Below, in pieces: positions 20,321 to 32,302 of a stretch of 64,000 nt of DNA. The stretch spans positions 4,014 through 68,013 of the forward strand of contig JAXGYI010000006.1 in the NCBI GenBank assembly GCA_040772365.1. The letters are read 5' to 3'. The DNA is from Candidatus Moraniibacteriota bacterium (GTDB lineage: Bacteria > Patescibacteriota > Minisyncoccia > Moranbacterales > GCA-2747515). The first letter of the stretch is position 1. Each line of letters starts with the position of its first letter. The notes below the pieces were generated by a model that saw only the letters and a program-made list of their open reading frames with translations, ran no database searches and was not told where the DNA came from. The position numbers and the translations under genes were made by a program.

Positions 20321-21961
20321 ATGAAACACAATCAACGCGGATCCATTGTTGTTTTTGCATTGATCATCTTGGCATTTGTACTTACTGCGGCAATGTCTGT
20401 TGCAGCTGTGGTGTTGATCAATCGACGCAGTGCCAACATTTCTGTGAATTCTTCAGTAGCGTTTCAAAACTCTGACAAGGGTATGGAGGATTTTTTACAG
20501 CAACTGCATAAAGAACTTGCGTCAGATGCTACTCTTACTGACGTCGCAGCTCAGTTGAGTGCATATACCGGTGAAGCATATCGGTGTGAGGATGGAGATA
20601 GTCGCGTGGCTGCAACAATTGGAACTGTCAATAATCGCTTTATTATTACAGCATACGAGGAGACACCGCTTGCGCAACAAGTAGGGCAGTCTGGGTGGGG
20701 CACAATAGACATTGGTACAGACACAGAACGTATCTCTGAACGAGAAGAGCTAAGGCCATTCCAGTCATGTGCGAGCACAATGCTCAGGGACATCGACCGA
20801 TTTAAAGTTGTGGGTAATCAAAATAACGCCATGCGCGCGGTATTTGTGAAAATAGGATCGCGTGGTGACGCAGGTTTAGTTGCGCATTGGGATTTTGAGG
20901 ATTGGTGGACTGAATACCTGCAGCATAGTCACGCTGATGGTGGTGCACATGCAAGTGCAAATACTCAAGTATATACGGCACAAGATATAGTAGGTAATAG
21001 CCTCATGGAGTTTTGTCGGCGCAATGCAAGAGACGTTGAAGTTTCTGATCGTATAAGTGGACAGTACCACGTTCTGAAGACAAGCTCTGTATGCCCACAG
21101 GGATCTGGTGATAATTATATTCTCCCAAAATTCTACGAGCTAGAGTTACCCAATCCGCGTGGTATGCTTACAGCTTTTGGCTTTGTAAGGGAGTTTCACA
21201 GCCGTGACAATAGTACGCGCCCTAGCATTGCAGTTCAGTTTGGCACGATTCCCGAAATGCAGAATTATCTCGTGGCACGTGTACGAGATGATTGTCGATC
21301 ATGCTACTACAGAGATGACTCTTCTACGTCAGACTGTGTATTGAATTGCATACCATCGGGAGATGATCGATTACTCATGAAAGATGGTATTACAGTTTCT
21401 GCATGGGTGAAGTGGGAGGGGCAGAGTGCCAATCATGGTGACATTCAACCAATCGTGTCACGATGGGAGGATGGTAAGGGGTACCGCCTGTATTTGAAAA
21501 CCACAGCACATACAGCGCAGGCATGTTTTCAAATCAATAGAACAGAGTCGTGTGGTGGTAGGGTTATGATGACAGGGACGAGTGACAGCACTCAAGTATG
21601 GCATCATGTTGTGGGACGATGGGAAAAAGGGGGATCTGTTGAGGTGATTGTAGACGATACGCTCAGTAGTGGAAATTTAGTGGATAGCAACATTGCTTAT
21701 GCGAGATCAGGAAATGATCAAAATAATATCTATATTGGCGCAGATACAGAATTAGGAGGTACAAAATTTTATAAGGGCATTATTGATGATGTCAAAATTT
21801 GGAACCGTAAGATTAGTAACAAAGAAGTGAATGGCGTGTGTCAAAAAGCACAGTGTAGAGGAGGGTTTTGTCAAGGAGGAATAAGTGATTTAAATCTGAG
21901 AGATGCGACGGACTTTCGGATCAGGAGAGGGCCAGTAAATTCTGTAAGGTGCTTTAACTAG
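20321..21961 (+). CDS. PilX-like minor pilin with LamG/concanavalin-like domain
   Basis: QRG/SIVVFAL leader lacking E5; LVAHWDFE, TVSAWVK, WHHVV, GIIDDVKIWNR LamG motifs. Confidence 0.8.
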   Translation: MKHNQRGSIVVFALIILAFVLTAAMSVAAVVLINRRSANISVNSSVAFQNSDKGMEDFLQQLHKELASDATLTDVAAQLSAYTGEAYRCEDGDSRVAATIGTVNNRFIITAYEETPLAQQVGQSGWGTIDIGTDTERISEREELRPFQSCASTMLRDIDRFKVVGNQNNAMRAVFVKIGSRGDAGLVAHWDFEDWWTEYLQHSHADGGAHASANTQVYTAQDIVGNSLMEFCRRNARDVEVSDRISGQYHVLKTSSVCPQGSGDNYILPKFYELELPNPRGMLTAFGFVREFHSRDNSTRPSIAVQFGTIPEMQNYLVARVRDDCRSCYYRDDSSTSDCVLNCIPSGDDRLLMKDGITVSAWVKWEGQSANHGDIQPIVSRWEDGKGYRLYLKTTAHTAQACFQINRTESCGGRVMMTGTSDSTQVWHHVVGRWEKGGSVEVIVDDTLSSGNLVDSNIAYARSGNDQNNIYIGADTELGGTKFYKGIIDDVKIWNRKISNKEVNGVCQKAQCRGGFCQGGISDLNLRDATDFRIRRGPVNSVRCFN

Positions 21962-21991
21962 CGGGCATCAGGAGATGGCATAGTGCAATAA

Positions 21992-24142
<2,151 letters not shown>

Positions 24143-24178
24143 AAATATAAGGTCATGATTTATTAATAACAAGGTTTT

Positions 24179-24952
24179 ATGGCAGAGCAAGACACGAGTG
24201 CTGTACAAAGTGTGCCACAGGCGCAAGATGTGCCGCTGCGGTACGCTGGGTTCTGGGTGCGATGGGCTGCTGCAATCATTGATGGGTGGGTTACTGGTAT
24301 TGTCATATCGTTAGTAATGTTGCCATTTGGTTTTATGATGGGATTTTTTGCTGCAGCGTTCAGCGAAAAACATCCAATGGTATCGATTACATCTCTCGGA
24401 AGTTTGACTGTGGTGGGTGCGTGCGTTGTTTTTGCCTACTATGTTTTCATGACGCACCGATTTGGTGCAACGCTTGGAAAGATGGCAGTAGGAGCGCGTG
24501 TTTGTGCGGAGGATGGAACGCCGCTGCCGTTGGGTAGAATTGCGTTGCGCGAGATTATTGGTAAGTTTATTTCAGGCCTCCTCTTCTATGGTGGTTTTCT
24601 CGTGGCAGCGTTTACTCGCCACAAGCGCGCGCTACATGACATGATGGCTCAATCCGTTGTTGTATATAAAAATCCTATTACGGGACCTCATCGATTTGTC
24701 GTTGCAATAGTGTATGGCATTTCTGCGTTCACTATGCTTATATTTATGACACTCGTGGGTGCCATTGTGATCTCTGGGATGCTCTTTTTCAAGAATGCAC
24801 ATGAGGATGGATGGGATGGTCGGGCGATTTTTGATGCTATAGAAATGGAGTTGCATGATGATGCGGTGCGTGATGATAGTGTGTTGATGGATATTTTTAC
24901 TGAAGACATCCTGCCTGTGCACGATGGCAGTGATGCCACAGCAGTACATTGA
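24179..24952 (+). CDS. RDD family membrane protein
   Basis: YAGFW.R.AA.IID, GAT.GKM..G, R..LHD. Confidence 0.9.
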   Translation: MAEQDTSAVQSVPQAQDVPLRYAGFWVRWAAAIIDGWVTGIVISLVMLPFGFMMGFFAAAFSEKHPMVSITSLGSLTVVGACVVFAYYVFMTHRFGATLGKMAVGARVCAEDGTPLPLGRIALREIIGKFISGLLFYGGFLVAAFTRHKRALHDMMAQSVVVYKNPITGPHRFVVAIVYGISAFTMLIFMTLVGAIVISGMLFFKNAHEDGWDGRAIFDAIEMELHDDAVRDDSVLMDIFTEDILPVHDGSDATAVH

Positions 24953-24974
24953 TTAGTGATAATGAGGGATATAT

Positions 24975-25265
24975 ATGGCACTTACACATGATGATATTGC
25001 CCACATTGCCACTTTGGCACGCATTGGGATTACAGACGATGAGAAGCAGCAGTACCACAAAGAACTATCTTCCGTTGTGGAATATTTTGGAACATTGCAA
25101 GAGGTGAATACAGATGGCGTAGATGCTATAGGGCATATTACGGGTATGACGGATGTGGTGCGTGATGATATTGCAAGAGAGGTGGATGATCAGACACGTG
25201 TGGCGATTATGGAAAATGTGCCACGCACACATGACGGACAGATTGCAGTAAAGAATATCTTGTAA
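24975..25265 (+). CDS. gatC: Asp/Glu-tRNA amidotransferase subunit C
   Basis: HIA.LARI...L.EV.T.GV, RDD; directly upstream of gatA. Confidence 0.93.
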   Translation: MALTHDDIAHIATLARIGITDDEKQQYHKELSSVVEYFGTLQEVNTDGVDAIGHITGMTDVVRDDIAREVDDQTRVAIMENVPRTHDGQIAVKNIL

Positions 25266-25281
25266 TATCGAAGAAGAAAGT

Positions 25282-26718
25282 ATGATTCGACATATCCATG
25301 AACAACTGGTGAATAAAGATGTCACGGCAGTGGAGTTAGCGCAAAAATCACTGGCGTATATTGCCGAGGTCAACCCGAAGCGCAATGCATTTCTTACAGT
25401 ACTGAAAGAGGAGGCACTACGTGATGCGCAGGCCGTAGATGACAAGATTGCCCGTGGTGAGAAGATTGATCTGCTTGCGGGCATCCCCTATGCTATCAAA
25501 GATAATATTTGCATGAAAGGCATACGGACAACAGCAGCATCAAAAATGCTGGACACGTACCGTGCGCCCTATGATGCAACAGTGATTGAGCGGTTACGCT
25601 CTGTGCATGCTGTTCCCATTGGGAAAACAAATATGGACGAATTTGCCTGTGGTGGTAGCACAGAGAATAGTGCCTATGGGCCGACGACGAATCCAGTAGA
25701 TGACACACGTGTGCCCGGTGGCAGTAGCGGTGGTAGTGCGGCGGCGGTGGCAGACGGATCGGTGGCATGGGCATTGGGTACGGATACAGGCGGATCGGTA
25801 CGTGGACCAGCAAGTTTCTGCGGTGTTGTGGGCTTGAAGCCAACATATGGGCGTGTATCGCGCTACGGTGTGATTGCTATGGGTTCTAGTCTAGATCAAG
25901 TGGGTCCGATTACAAAGACGGTAGAGGACGCTGCAATTGTTTTGAGTCGCATTGCCGGACGCGATACTCGTGATGCTACCAGTGCCAAGAGCAGTGATAA
26001 GCCGTATGAAGACTACTGTGTTGGAAAAATCACTGGTGCAAAAATTGGTATTCCGAAAGAATATCTTGGTGATGGTCTGGACGCGCGTGTTCGTGAGACG
26101 TTTTTAGAGGCTGTAGAGCAATACAAATCTCTCGGCGCAGAAATCATAGACATTTCATTGCCGCATACAGCATATGCCTTGGCTGCATACTATATTATTA
26201 TGCCGTGCGAACTAAGTTCCAATTTGGCACGTTTTGACGGGCTGCGATATGGTGGCACAAAGGAGGATATCACTGGCACACTTTTGGACCACTACGTACA
26301 TATACGCGGCTCACTTTTTGGCGCTGAAGTAAAACGACGGATTATGTTAGGCACATATGCGTTGTCTGCCGGTTACTATGACGCGTACTATAAAAAAGCA
26401 CAAAAAGTGCGTGCGTTAATCACGGAAGATTTTCGTAAGGCGTTTACCAAAGTGCATTACATTTTTACGCCAACAACACCGGAAGTGGCATTTAAAATTG
26501 GTGCAAAAACAACAGATCCTCTGACGATGTATCTGTCTGACATCTATACTGCAACGGCAAATCTCGCCGGTGTGCCAGCACTGTCACTGCCGATTGGCAC
26601 CGTGGAAGATGGCGCTGTCACATTGCCAGTTGGTGGTCAATTGATGGGTAAGTGGTTTGATGAAGAAGGTGTTCTCAATGCTGGTTATACGTATGAAACT
26701 GCAACGAAAAATCTATGA
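25282..26718 (+). CDS. gatA: Asp/Glu-tRNA amidotransferase subunit A
   Basis: Amidase signature GGSSGGS...GTDTGGS; SSNLARFDG, RRIMLGT. Confidence 0.97.
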   Translation: MIRHIHEQLVNKDVTAVELAQKSLAYIAEVNPKRNAFLTVLKEEALRDAQAVDDKIARGEKIDLLAGIPYAIKDNICMKGIRTTAASKMLDTYRAPYDATVIERLRSVHAVPIGKTNMDEFACGGSTENSAYGPTTNPVDDTRVPGGSSGGSAAAVADGSVAWALGTDTGGSVRGPASFCGVVGLKPTYGRVSRYGVIAMGSSLDQVGPITKTVEDAAIVLSRIAGRDTRDATSAKSSDKPYEDYCVGKITGAKIGIPKEYLGDGLDARVRETFLEAVEQYKSLGAEIIDISLPHTAYALAAYYIIMPCELSSNLARFDGLRYGGTKEDITGTLLDHYVHIRGSLFGAEVKRRIMLGTYALSAGYYDAYYKKAQKVRALITEDFRKAFTKVHYIFTPTTPEVAFKIGAKTTDPLTMYLSDIYTATANLAGVPALSLPIGTVEDGAVTLPVGGQLMGKWFDEEGVLNAGYTYETATKNL

Positions 26719-27245
26719 TGGGAGATGTTTTTTTAGAGATAGGGGATCTGATCTATGCGTGGTACACGGCATTTTTGGATAGTGCGGTATTTGTTGGGAT
26801 CAAGGTTTTTCTTGTTATCTACACGACAATTTTAATAGTAGATATTATTCTGCTTGTATACCTAGGTGATGTCAAAAAGCAGTGGCGTCGGCATCAGACA
26901 GGAAGTTCCGTGCGCAAGCCGTCTAAGAAAAAGGAGCGACAAGTATGGGCGGACATCATGATGCGCTTAGAAAGCAATGACGAAAATCAATTCAAGGCGG
27001 CAATTTTGGAGGCAGATCATTTCACCTATGAGCGTATGGGATTTCAGGGCTATCACGGTTCTACATTTTCTGAGAGGTTGGCACAAATTCCACCGGGAAG
27101 TTTTCGTGCCATTGATGCTGTGCATGTGGCGCATCGACTGAGTAATGCAATCATCAAAAAGGAGAATGTGACAATGACCAAGGAACAAGCACTGAATACG
27201 CTGAAAATTTACGAGCAATTCCTGAAGGACATTGATGTGATCTAG
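26715..27245 (+). CDS. Hypothetical protein, N-terminal TM
   Basis: Overlaps gatA stop; AILEAD...G.T..ERL motif. Confidence 0.75.
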   Translation: MMGDVFLEIGDLIYAWYTAFLDSAVFVGIKVFLVIYTTILIVDIILLVYLGDVKKQWRRHQTGSSVRKPSKKKERQVWADIMMRLESNDENQFKAAILEADHFTYERMGFQGYHGSTFSERLAQIPPGSFRAIDAVHVAHRLSNAIIKKENVTMTKEQALNTLKIYEQFLKDIDVI

Positions 27246-27251
27246 CGTGCT

Positions 27252-27806
27252 TTAGATGATGGTGGCATGCAGGGATCGGGCGATGGTTTTTTCAAGATCT
27301 TGTGTAAAGGCTGCAGATAAAACTGCAATTGCCTCATGATCGTTGAGGCCGCGGGTGTGCAGGTAGTTGCGCTGAGTGCGATCTACTGGTGTGGCGGTTG
27401 CCGCATGTGTACAGTGAACATTGGAGGGTGTTACTTCCATCTGTGGCGTGACGGTTGCGCGTGCATCCGCAGACAGTAGGAGTGTATGTATGTCTGTTGT
27501 AGCGACTGCATCATCTGCGTCGTGGGCGATATGGATCAGGTTTGTTGCTGTGAGCACAGCGGCGTTGTTGAGGACTGTGCGGATGGAGCACGTGCTGTGC
27601 GTGTGTGGTGCATGGTGACGCTGTGTGATGTGCAATGTGAAAATGTCAGTTGTAGTGCCGTGATAGACACCGTAGATTTCTGCTACGGCATGTGGTACTG
27701 CGAGGTCAACAGTGAGTGCCACATGCGGGCTACGCACAATAAAAGTATATGTTCCAGGATCTGTGAGTGTATGGTGCGTTGTGATGGCAGAATGTTGTGT
27801 GGACAT
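27252..27806 (-). CDS. sufD: Short SufD-like Fe-S assembly protein
   Basis: LLLS..A....P.ME....V.C.H.AT...YL.TRG C-terminal SufBD motifs; follows sufB. Confidence 0.8.
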   Translation of the reverse strand: MSTQHSAITTHHTLTDPGTYTFIVRSPHVALTVDLAVPHAVAEIYGVYHGTTTDIFTLHITQRHHAPHTHSTCSIRTVLNNAAVLTATNLIHIAHDADDAVATTDIHTLLLSADARATVTPQMEVTPSNVHCTHAATATPVDRTQRNYLHTRGLNDHEAIAVLSAAFTQDLEKTIARSLHATII

Positions 27807-27818
27807 AATGTAATCTTA

Positions 27819-29234
27819 CTATCCGATAGTTTTTTCCATCTCCATATGAATCAGACGATGCAGCTCTACAGCATACTCCAATGGGATCTCTTTGGTGATG
27901 TCACTGATAAACCCATTAACCATCATACTACGGGCTGCAATCTCATCTAGTCCACGCGACATTGCATACAGCAGCATTGCTGCATCCAGTTTTTCTATAC
28001 TCGCCTCATGTGCTGTGTGCGTAGTATTTCCCCCAGTTTTTGTTGTGGGATAGGTTGTAGAAGTAGAGTGATCATCAAGCAAGAGAGCGTCGCACCGAGT
28101 GAAACTTGTTGCTTCATGTGCTTCGGATGACACATCAATCAGTCCGCGATAGGTGGATATACCACCCCCTGCGCAAATAGACTTAGAGACAATATGAGAT
28201 GTCGTGTGTGGTGCACGGTGTATCATTTTTGCACCGGCGTCGATGTGCTGTCCTGCACCGGCAATAGCAAGAGAGGTGGTAGTACCGCGTGCACCATCGC
28301 CAGCAAGAATCACAGTGGGATACTTCATGGTTACGCCTGATCCAATATTGCAGTCGATCCATTCCATAGTAGCGTTGCGATCAGCGCGTGCGCGTTTGGT
28401 GACAAGGTTGTAGATATTTGTACTCCAATTTTGAACTGTGGTGTAGCGCACAGTTGCGCCATCATGGATAAAAATTTCTACAACAGCAGCATGGAGAGAT
28501 GCTGTTGTATAGGTTGGTGCAGTACATCCTTCCACATAGTGCACAGAAGAGTCCTTGTCGGCAATGATGAGTGTACGTTCAAATTGCCCAAAGCGTTCCG
28601 CGTTAATGCGAAAATATGCTTGCACCGGCAGTGCAATCTGGACTCCGGGCGGCACATATATAAATGATCCACCGGACCACACTGCTGTATTGAGTGCGGC
28701 AAATGTATTATCTGATGCTGGAACAAGTGTGCCAAAATATTTCTGCACAAGAGAGGGGTGTTCACGAAGGGCTGTATCCATGTCACAAAAGATCACGCCT
28801 TGTTCTGCTAGCTCTTTTTTGAGAGATCCATAAACAACTTCACTTTCATATTGCGCACTGACACCAGAGAGCCATGCTTTTTCGTGCTCAGGGACACCAA
28901 TCCGATTATACGTTTCCTTAATCGTATCTGGTAAATTTTCCCATGCTTCTGCTGGCGCATCTGTGGCGCGGGAAAAATAGGTAATCTCATCAAAGTCGAT
29001 TGTATGCAAGTCTGGTCCCCAAGATGGGAGAGGCTTTTGCGTAAAGAGAGTGTAGCCGGCGTGGCGATGATCGCGCATCCAGGATGGCTCATCTTTGAGT
29101 GCGCTAATGCGAGTAACGATGTCGTGTGAGAGGCCTTTGGGCAGCGTAATGCGGGATGTGTTCGGCATGGAAAAGTCATGACGTGTACTATCAGATACAG
29201 AAGTGTGCGATTGTATAGATGCAGTAGGGAGCAT
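27819..29234 (-). CDS. sufB: Fe-S cluster assembly protein SufB
   Basis: K.EP.WM, GQFERTLI, YVEGCTAP, LHAAVVE, TMKYP. Confidence 0.97.
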   Translation of the reverse strand: MLPTASIQSHTSVSDSTRHDFSMPNTSRITLPKGLSHDIVTRISALKDEPSWMRDHRHAGYTLFTQKPLPSWGPDLHTIDFDEITYFSRATDAPAEAWENLPDTIKETYNRIGVPEHEKAWLSGVSAQYESEVVYGSLKKELAEQGVIFCDMDTALREHPSLVQKYFGTLVPASDNTFAALNTAVWSGGSFIYVPPGVQIALPVQAYFRINAERFGQFERTLIIADKDSSVHYVEGCTAPTYTTASLHAAVVEIFIHDGATVRYTTVQNWSTNIYNLVTKRARADRNATMEWIDCNIGSGVTMKYPTVILAGDGARGTTTSLAIAGAGQHIDAGAKMIHRAPHTTSHIVSKSICAGGGISTYRGLIDVSSEAHEATSFTRCDALLLDDHSTSTTYPTTKTGGNTTHTAHEASIEKLDAAMLLYAMSRGLDEIAARSMMVNGFISDITKEIPLEYAVELHRLIHMEMEKTIG

Positions 29235-29245
29235 TGAAAGGAGTG

Positions 29246-29971
29246 TTATGCAGTTAGGGTGCCATAACCATTGGCATCAATTGTTTTCACGAGCGATGCG
29301 TCACCGCGGCGTGCAATGGTTCCGCGGTGCAGTACGATGGTTTCATCCACGGAGAGGTGTGTAAAAATTCGTGCGTAGTGCGTGATGAGGATCAGTGTTG
29401 TCTGTGGATGCGTGACGCGTAGTTGTGCGAGTGCTTGTGAAATGATGCCAATCGAATCAACGTCCACGCCGGTGTCAATTTCATCCAGAATCACATAGTG
29501 TGGCTGCATGATGAGCGCTTGGAGAACTTCCATTTTTTTGCGCTCACCACCGCTGAAGTTATCGTTGAGTGAGCGTGAGAGGAGGTGCGAGGGAATATGC
29601 AGCGCTTTTGCAGTCTGTGTGATGGCACCAAGCAGGGACTTGCTGTCCATACGATCACGTGGTACTGCTTCACGTAGTAGTCGCTGTACAGTGATACCAG
29701 GCAGGGCGGGGGGAGACTGCGGTGAATAAAAGATACCACGGCGTGCACGTTCATAGGGTGGCAGTGCAGTGATTGATGTGTCATCAAGAAAGATATCGCC
29801 AGCGGTTCTGGTGAGTGCAGGATCACCGATGATGGTGCGTGCCATGGTACTTTTTCCAGATCCATTTGGACCCATGACGGCATATACCATGCCCCGTGAA
29901 AAATCTGCAGAGAAATCGGATAGAATATCGTTCTGATTGCTATGGATTGTAAGATTACGAAGGGAAAGCAT
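29246..29971 (-). CDS. sufC: Fe-S cluster assembly ATPase SufC
   Basis: GPNGSGKS, FSGGERKK, LDEIDTGVD, ITHY. Confidence 0.95.
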   Translation of the reverse strand: MLSLRNLTIHSNQNDILSDFSADFSRGMVYAVMGPNGSGKSTMARTIIGDPALTRTAGDIFLDDTSITALPPYERARRGIFYSPQSPPALPGITVQRLLREAVPRDRMDSKSLLGAITQTAKALHIPSHLLSRSLNDNFSGGERKKMEVLQALIMQPHYVILDEIDTGVDVDSIGIISQALAQLRVTHPQTTLILITHYARIFTHLSVDETIVLHRGTIARRGDASLVKTIDANGYGTLTA

Positions 29972-29980
29972 AAAAAACAT

Positions 29981-30010
29981 TAAAACGCTACAAGGAATTG
30001 TAGCGTTTTA
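29981..30010 (-). terminator. Intrinsic terminator-like hairpin between prx and sufC
   Basis: TAAAACGCTACAA-GGAA-TTGTAGCGTTTTA perfect inverted repeat with T-rich tail on minus strand. Confidence 0.65.
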
Positions 30011-30052
30011 ATAACGTTTTGTCTACAGAATGCAATGTGCGTACAAGGAATG

Positions 30053-30829
30053 CTACTTTTTCTTAGAGAGTTTCTTCTCAATGTCCCCCTTGCTGATTTT
30101 TCGTGTACAGAAAAACCAGTCATAGCATTTGTCGGCATCTTTCCCAGCCATACGGTCTTTTGCTGTACCGCAAGAACCGGCTGGTGGTACGATGACGTCA
30201 TCGCCAGGTTGCCAATCAGCTGGTGTTGCTACAGAAAATGCATCTGCTGTCTGCAAACCGATCAATGCGCGGTAGATTTCATCAAAGTTGCGCCCCAGGC
30301 TCAACGGATAGTAGATAATTGCACGAATGATGCCCTTTGGATCAATAAAGAATACTGCGCGTACTGCAGATGTCGCGCTTTCTCCTGGTTGAATCATACC
30401 AAAGCGTTTTGCCACGTTCATGGAGATGTCATCAATGAGTGGGAACTTCACTTCCACATCTTGCATGCCTTTATATGCAATTTTTTCTTTAATGGTTCTG
30501 AGCCATGCGATGTGGGAGTATAGACCATCCACAGACAGCCCCAGTAGCTCACAATTCGCCTGCTTAAACTTTTTCTCCATTGCGGCGAATGTCATGAACT
30601 CAGAGGTGCACACCGGTGTGAAATCAGCTGGATGGCTAAAGAAAATTACCCACTTACCCTTATACTGTTCAGGAAATTTTACAATACCCTGCGTAGAGTT
30701 TGCCTCAAATGCCGGTGCCATATCGCCAATGCGTGGCATTGAAACCTGTTCTTCCTCTGCATAGCAATCGCACCAATGACACATGCAGCACATGCAGTCG
30801 TCGTTGATCTCTTTCATAGATGTATACAT
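30053..30829 (-). CDS. Peroxiredoxin (Prx6 subfamily)
   Basis: FSHPADFTPVCTSE, VRAVF.IDP, GRNFDEI, TPA.W, C-terminal WF.C. Confidence 0.95.
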   Translation of the reverse strand: MYTSMKEINDDCMCCMCHWCDCYAEEEQVSMPRIGDMAPAFEANSTQGIVKFPEQYKGKWVIFFSHPADFTPVCTSEFMTFAAMEKKFKQANCELLGLSVDGLYSHIAWLRTIKEKIAYKGMQDVEVKFPLIDDISMNVAKRFGMIQPGESATSAVRAVFFIDPKGIIRAIIYYPLSLGRNFDEIYRALIGLQTADAFSVATPADWQPGDDVIVPPAGSCGTAKDRMAGKDADKCYDWFFCTRKISKGDIEKKLSKKK

Positions 30830-30933
30830 TTAATAGTTATTATGTCTACTGTCATTTCACTGACATGCTCTAACTTCACATTATAGAACATTTTTTTGAA
30901 GAGAGCAAAAGAGAAATGCTGATCTAGACAATG

Positions 30934-31020
30934 CGGAGGCGGAGGGATTCGAACCCCCGGTCCCCGTGAAGGGACTTCGGTTTTCAAGACCGATGCAATC
31001 GACCACTCTGCCACACCTCC
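30934..31020 (-). tRNA. tRNA-Ser(TGA)
   Basis: GGAGGTG/CGCCTCC acceptor, anticodon loop CTTGAAA, long variable arm. Confidence 0.95.
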
Positions 31021-31133
31021 GAGATGGTATGTATATCGTGTTATCCACAGAATCGTGTATTTCTTATCATAGCATGTGGCAAGGCGCTTGTAAATGTGGT
31101 ATAATTGTCTTGCAGTAAAACACAAATGTACAT

Positions 31134-31880
31134 ATGGCTGTAAATTTGCGTGAAAACAAAATGGATAAGTACGAACCATCTAAGGTTGGTGCGTTTTTTC
31201 GTCGTCTATTCGGTGGCGGATCTCAGAAGGTAGAGGATTTTGCAACACCGTCAGTGCGTAGAGGTGAATTTGTACAGGAGCCGGCTGCTGCATCAGGTGC
31301 AAAGAAAGCAGCAGTGGCACACCATGATTTTTCCAAAAAAATAGACCCTATCACACCAGACTATCAAGAGGATATTCAGTACAAGACAGATTACTCTCCT
31401 TACATCCAGCAGTTCCCCGATAATGTCATTGTACAGTGGCGCGGTCCGGAATTTGAGCGGTATCCGCATGATACGCAGTGGTATTTAGGGGCTCTTGCTG
31501 TGATTGCTGCGGTTGTTGTGTACGCAATTTTTACTGACAGTATTTTGATGGCCATTGTTTTCATCTTGATTGCGTTAACGGGGTACTTGTATTTTCGTCA
31601 ACCACAAACAGTGACGGATTTTGCTATCACGTATGACGGCATTGTCGTGGGGCGTAATATCTATCCATTTGATGACATGGAGTCATTTTGGATTATTTAT
31701 GAGCCACCGCATACACGTGTGATCAGTTTTCGCGTGCATGGCTATTTCCGCCCCTATTTACGTGTTCCGCTACACCAGGTAGATCCAGTGATTGTGTTGC
31801 GAGAATTGACGCGATTTATTCCCGAGGTACGCCAAGAGCAGGGCTGGATTGATCTTTTTGAGCGCTTACTACATCGCTAG
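31134..31880 (+). CDS. Conserved hypothetical membrane protein (2 TM, PH-like C-terminus)
   Basis: W..PE, two TM helices, GI.V...YP....SFWI pattern. Confidence 0.75.
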   Translation: MAVNLRENKMDKYEPSKVGAFFRRLFGGGSQKVEDFATPSVRRGEFVQEPAAASGAKKAAVAHHDFSKKIDPITPDYQEDIQYKTDYSPYIQQFPDNVIVQWRGPEFERYPHDTQWYLGALAVIAAVVVYAIFTDSILMAIVFILIALTGYLYFRQPQTVTDFAITYDGIVVGRNIYPFDDMESFWIIYEPPHTRVISFRVHGYFRPYLRVPLHQVDPVIVLRELTRFIPEVRQEQGWIDLFERLLHR

Positions 31881-31960
31881 GCTGTACGCAAAAATGCACA
31901 CAGAAAAAACAGGCAGTGCCTGTTTTGTTTTTACCGCGATGTATTTTTGGATATCATAAA

Positions 31961-32156
31961 GAAAAGTCCTCACTGCAAGAGCGCATATGAATCCCTATGA
32001 AAAATGCTATCGGAAAAAATATTTTTCCCTGTTTTCCAGGTGGGTTCCATGCCGCCCGCACTGATGTAGGTGGTGTTGGTACTGTGTATGTGAAGCATAC
32101 GATACACCAGCTACATCAGCGCGGGGTTATTCAGCACCCTATTCTGAAGACTTTTC
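31961..32156 (-). ncRNA. Candidate 6S-like structured RNA (~196 nt)
   Basis: 12-bp closing stem, ~21-bp inner stem, ACCCACCTG motif, own promoter placing TSS at stem start. Confidence 0.55.
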
Positions 32157-32162
32157 ACTTTC

Positions 32163-32191
32163 TTTATAGCATTTTTAGCGCGCGCCGTCAA
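32163..32191 (-). promoter_or_regulatory. Sigma70 promoter of the candidate ncRNA
   Basis: TTGACG-N17-TATAAA with TG extension. Confidence 0.7.
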
Positions 32192-32302
32192 AGGGCGGGT
32201 ACGTAAGAATGCTACGCATTTCACTTGTACAAAAGCAATAATCTCGGTACAATAACATTGTGGCACTGTTTATGCCATTTTAGTATATTTACTAGGATTT
32301 TT

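Noticed and set aside
31997-32206. 69-aa plus-strand ORF
   Set aside because: Antisense to the structured RNA and its promoter; no recognisable protein features
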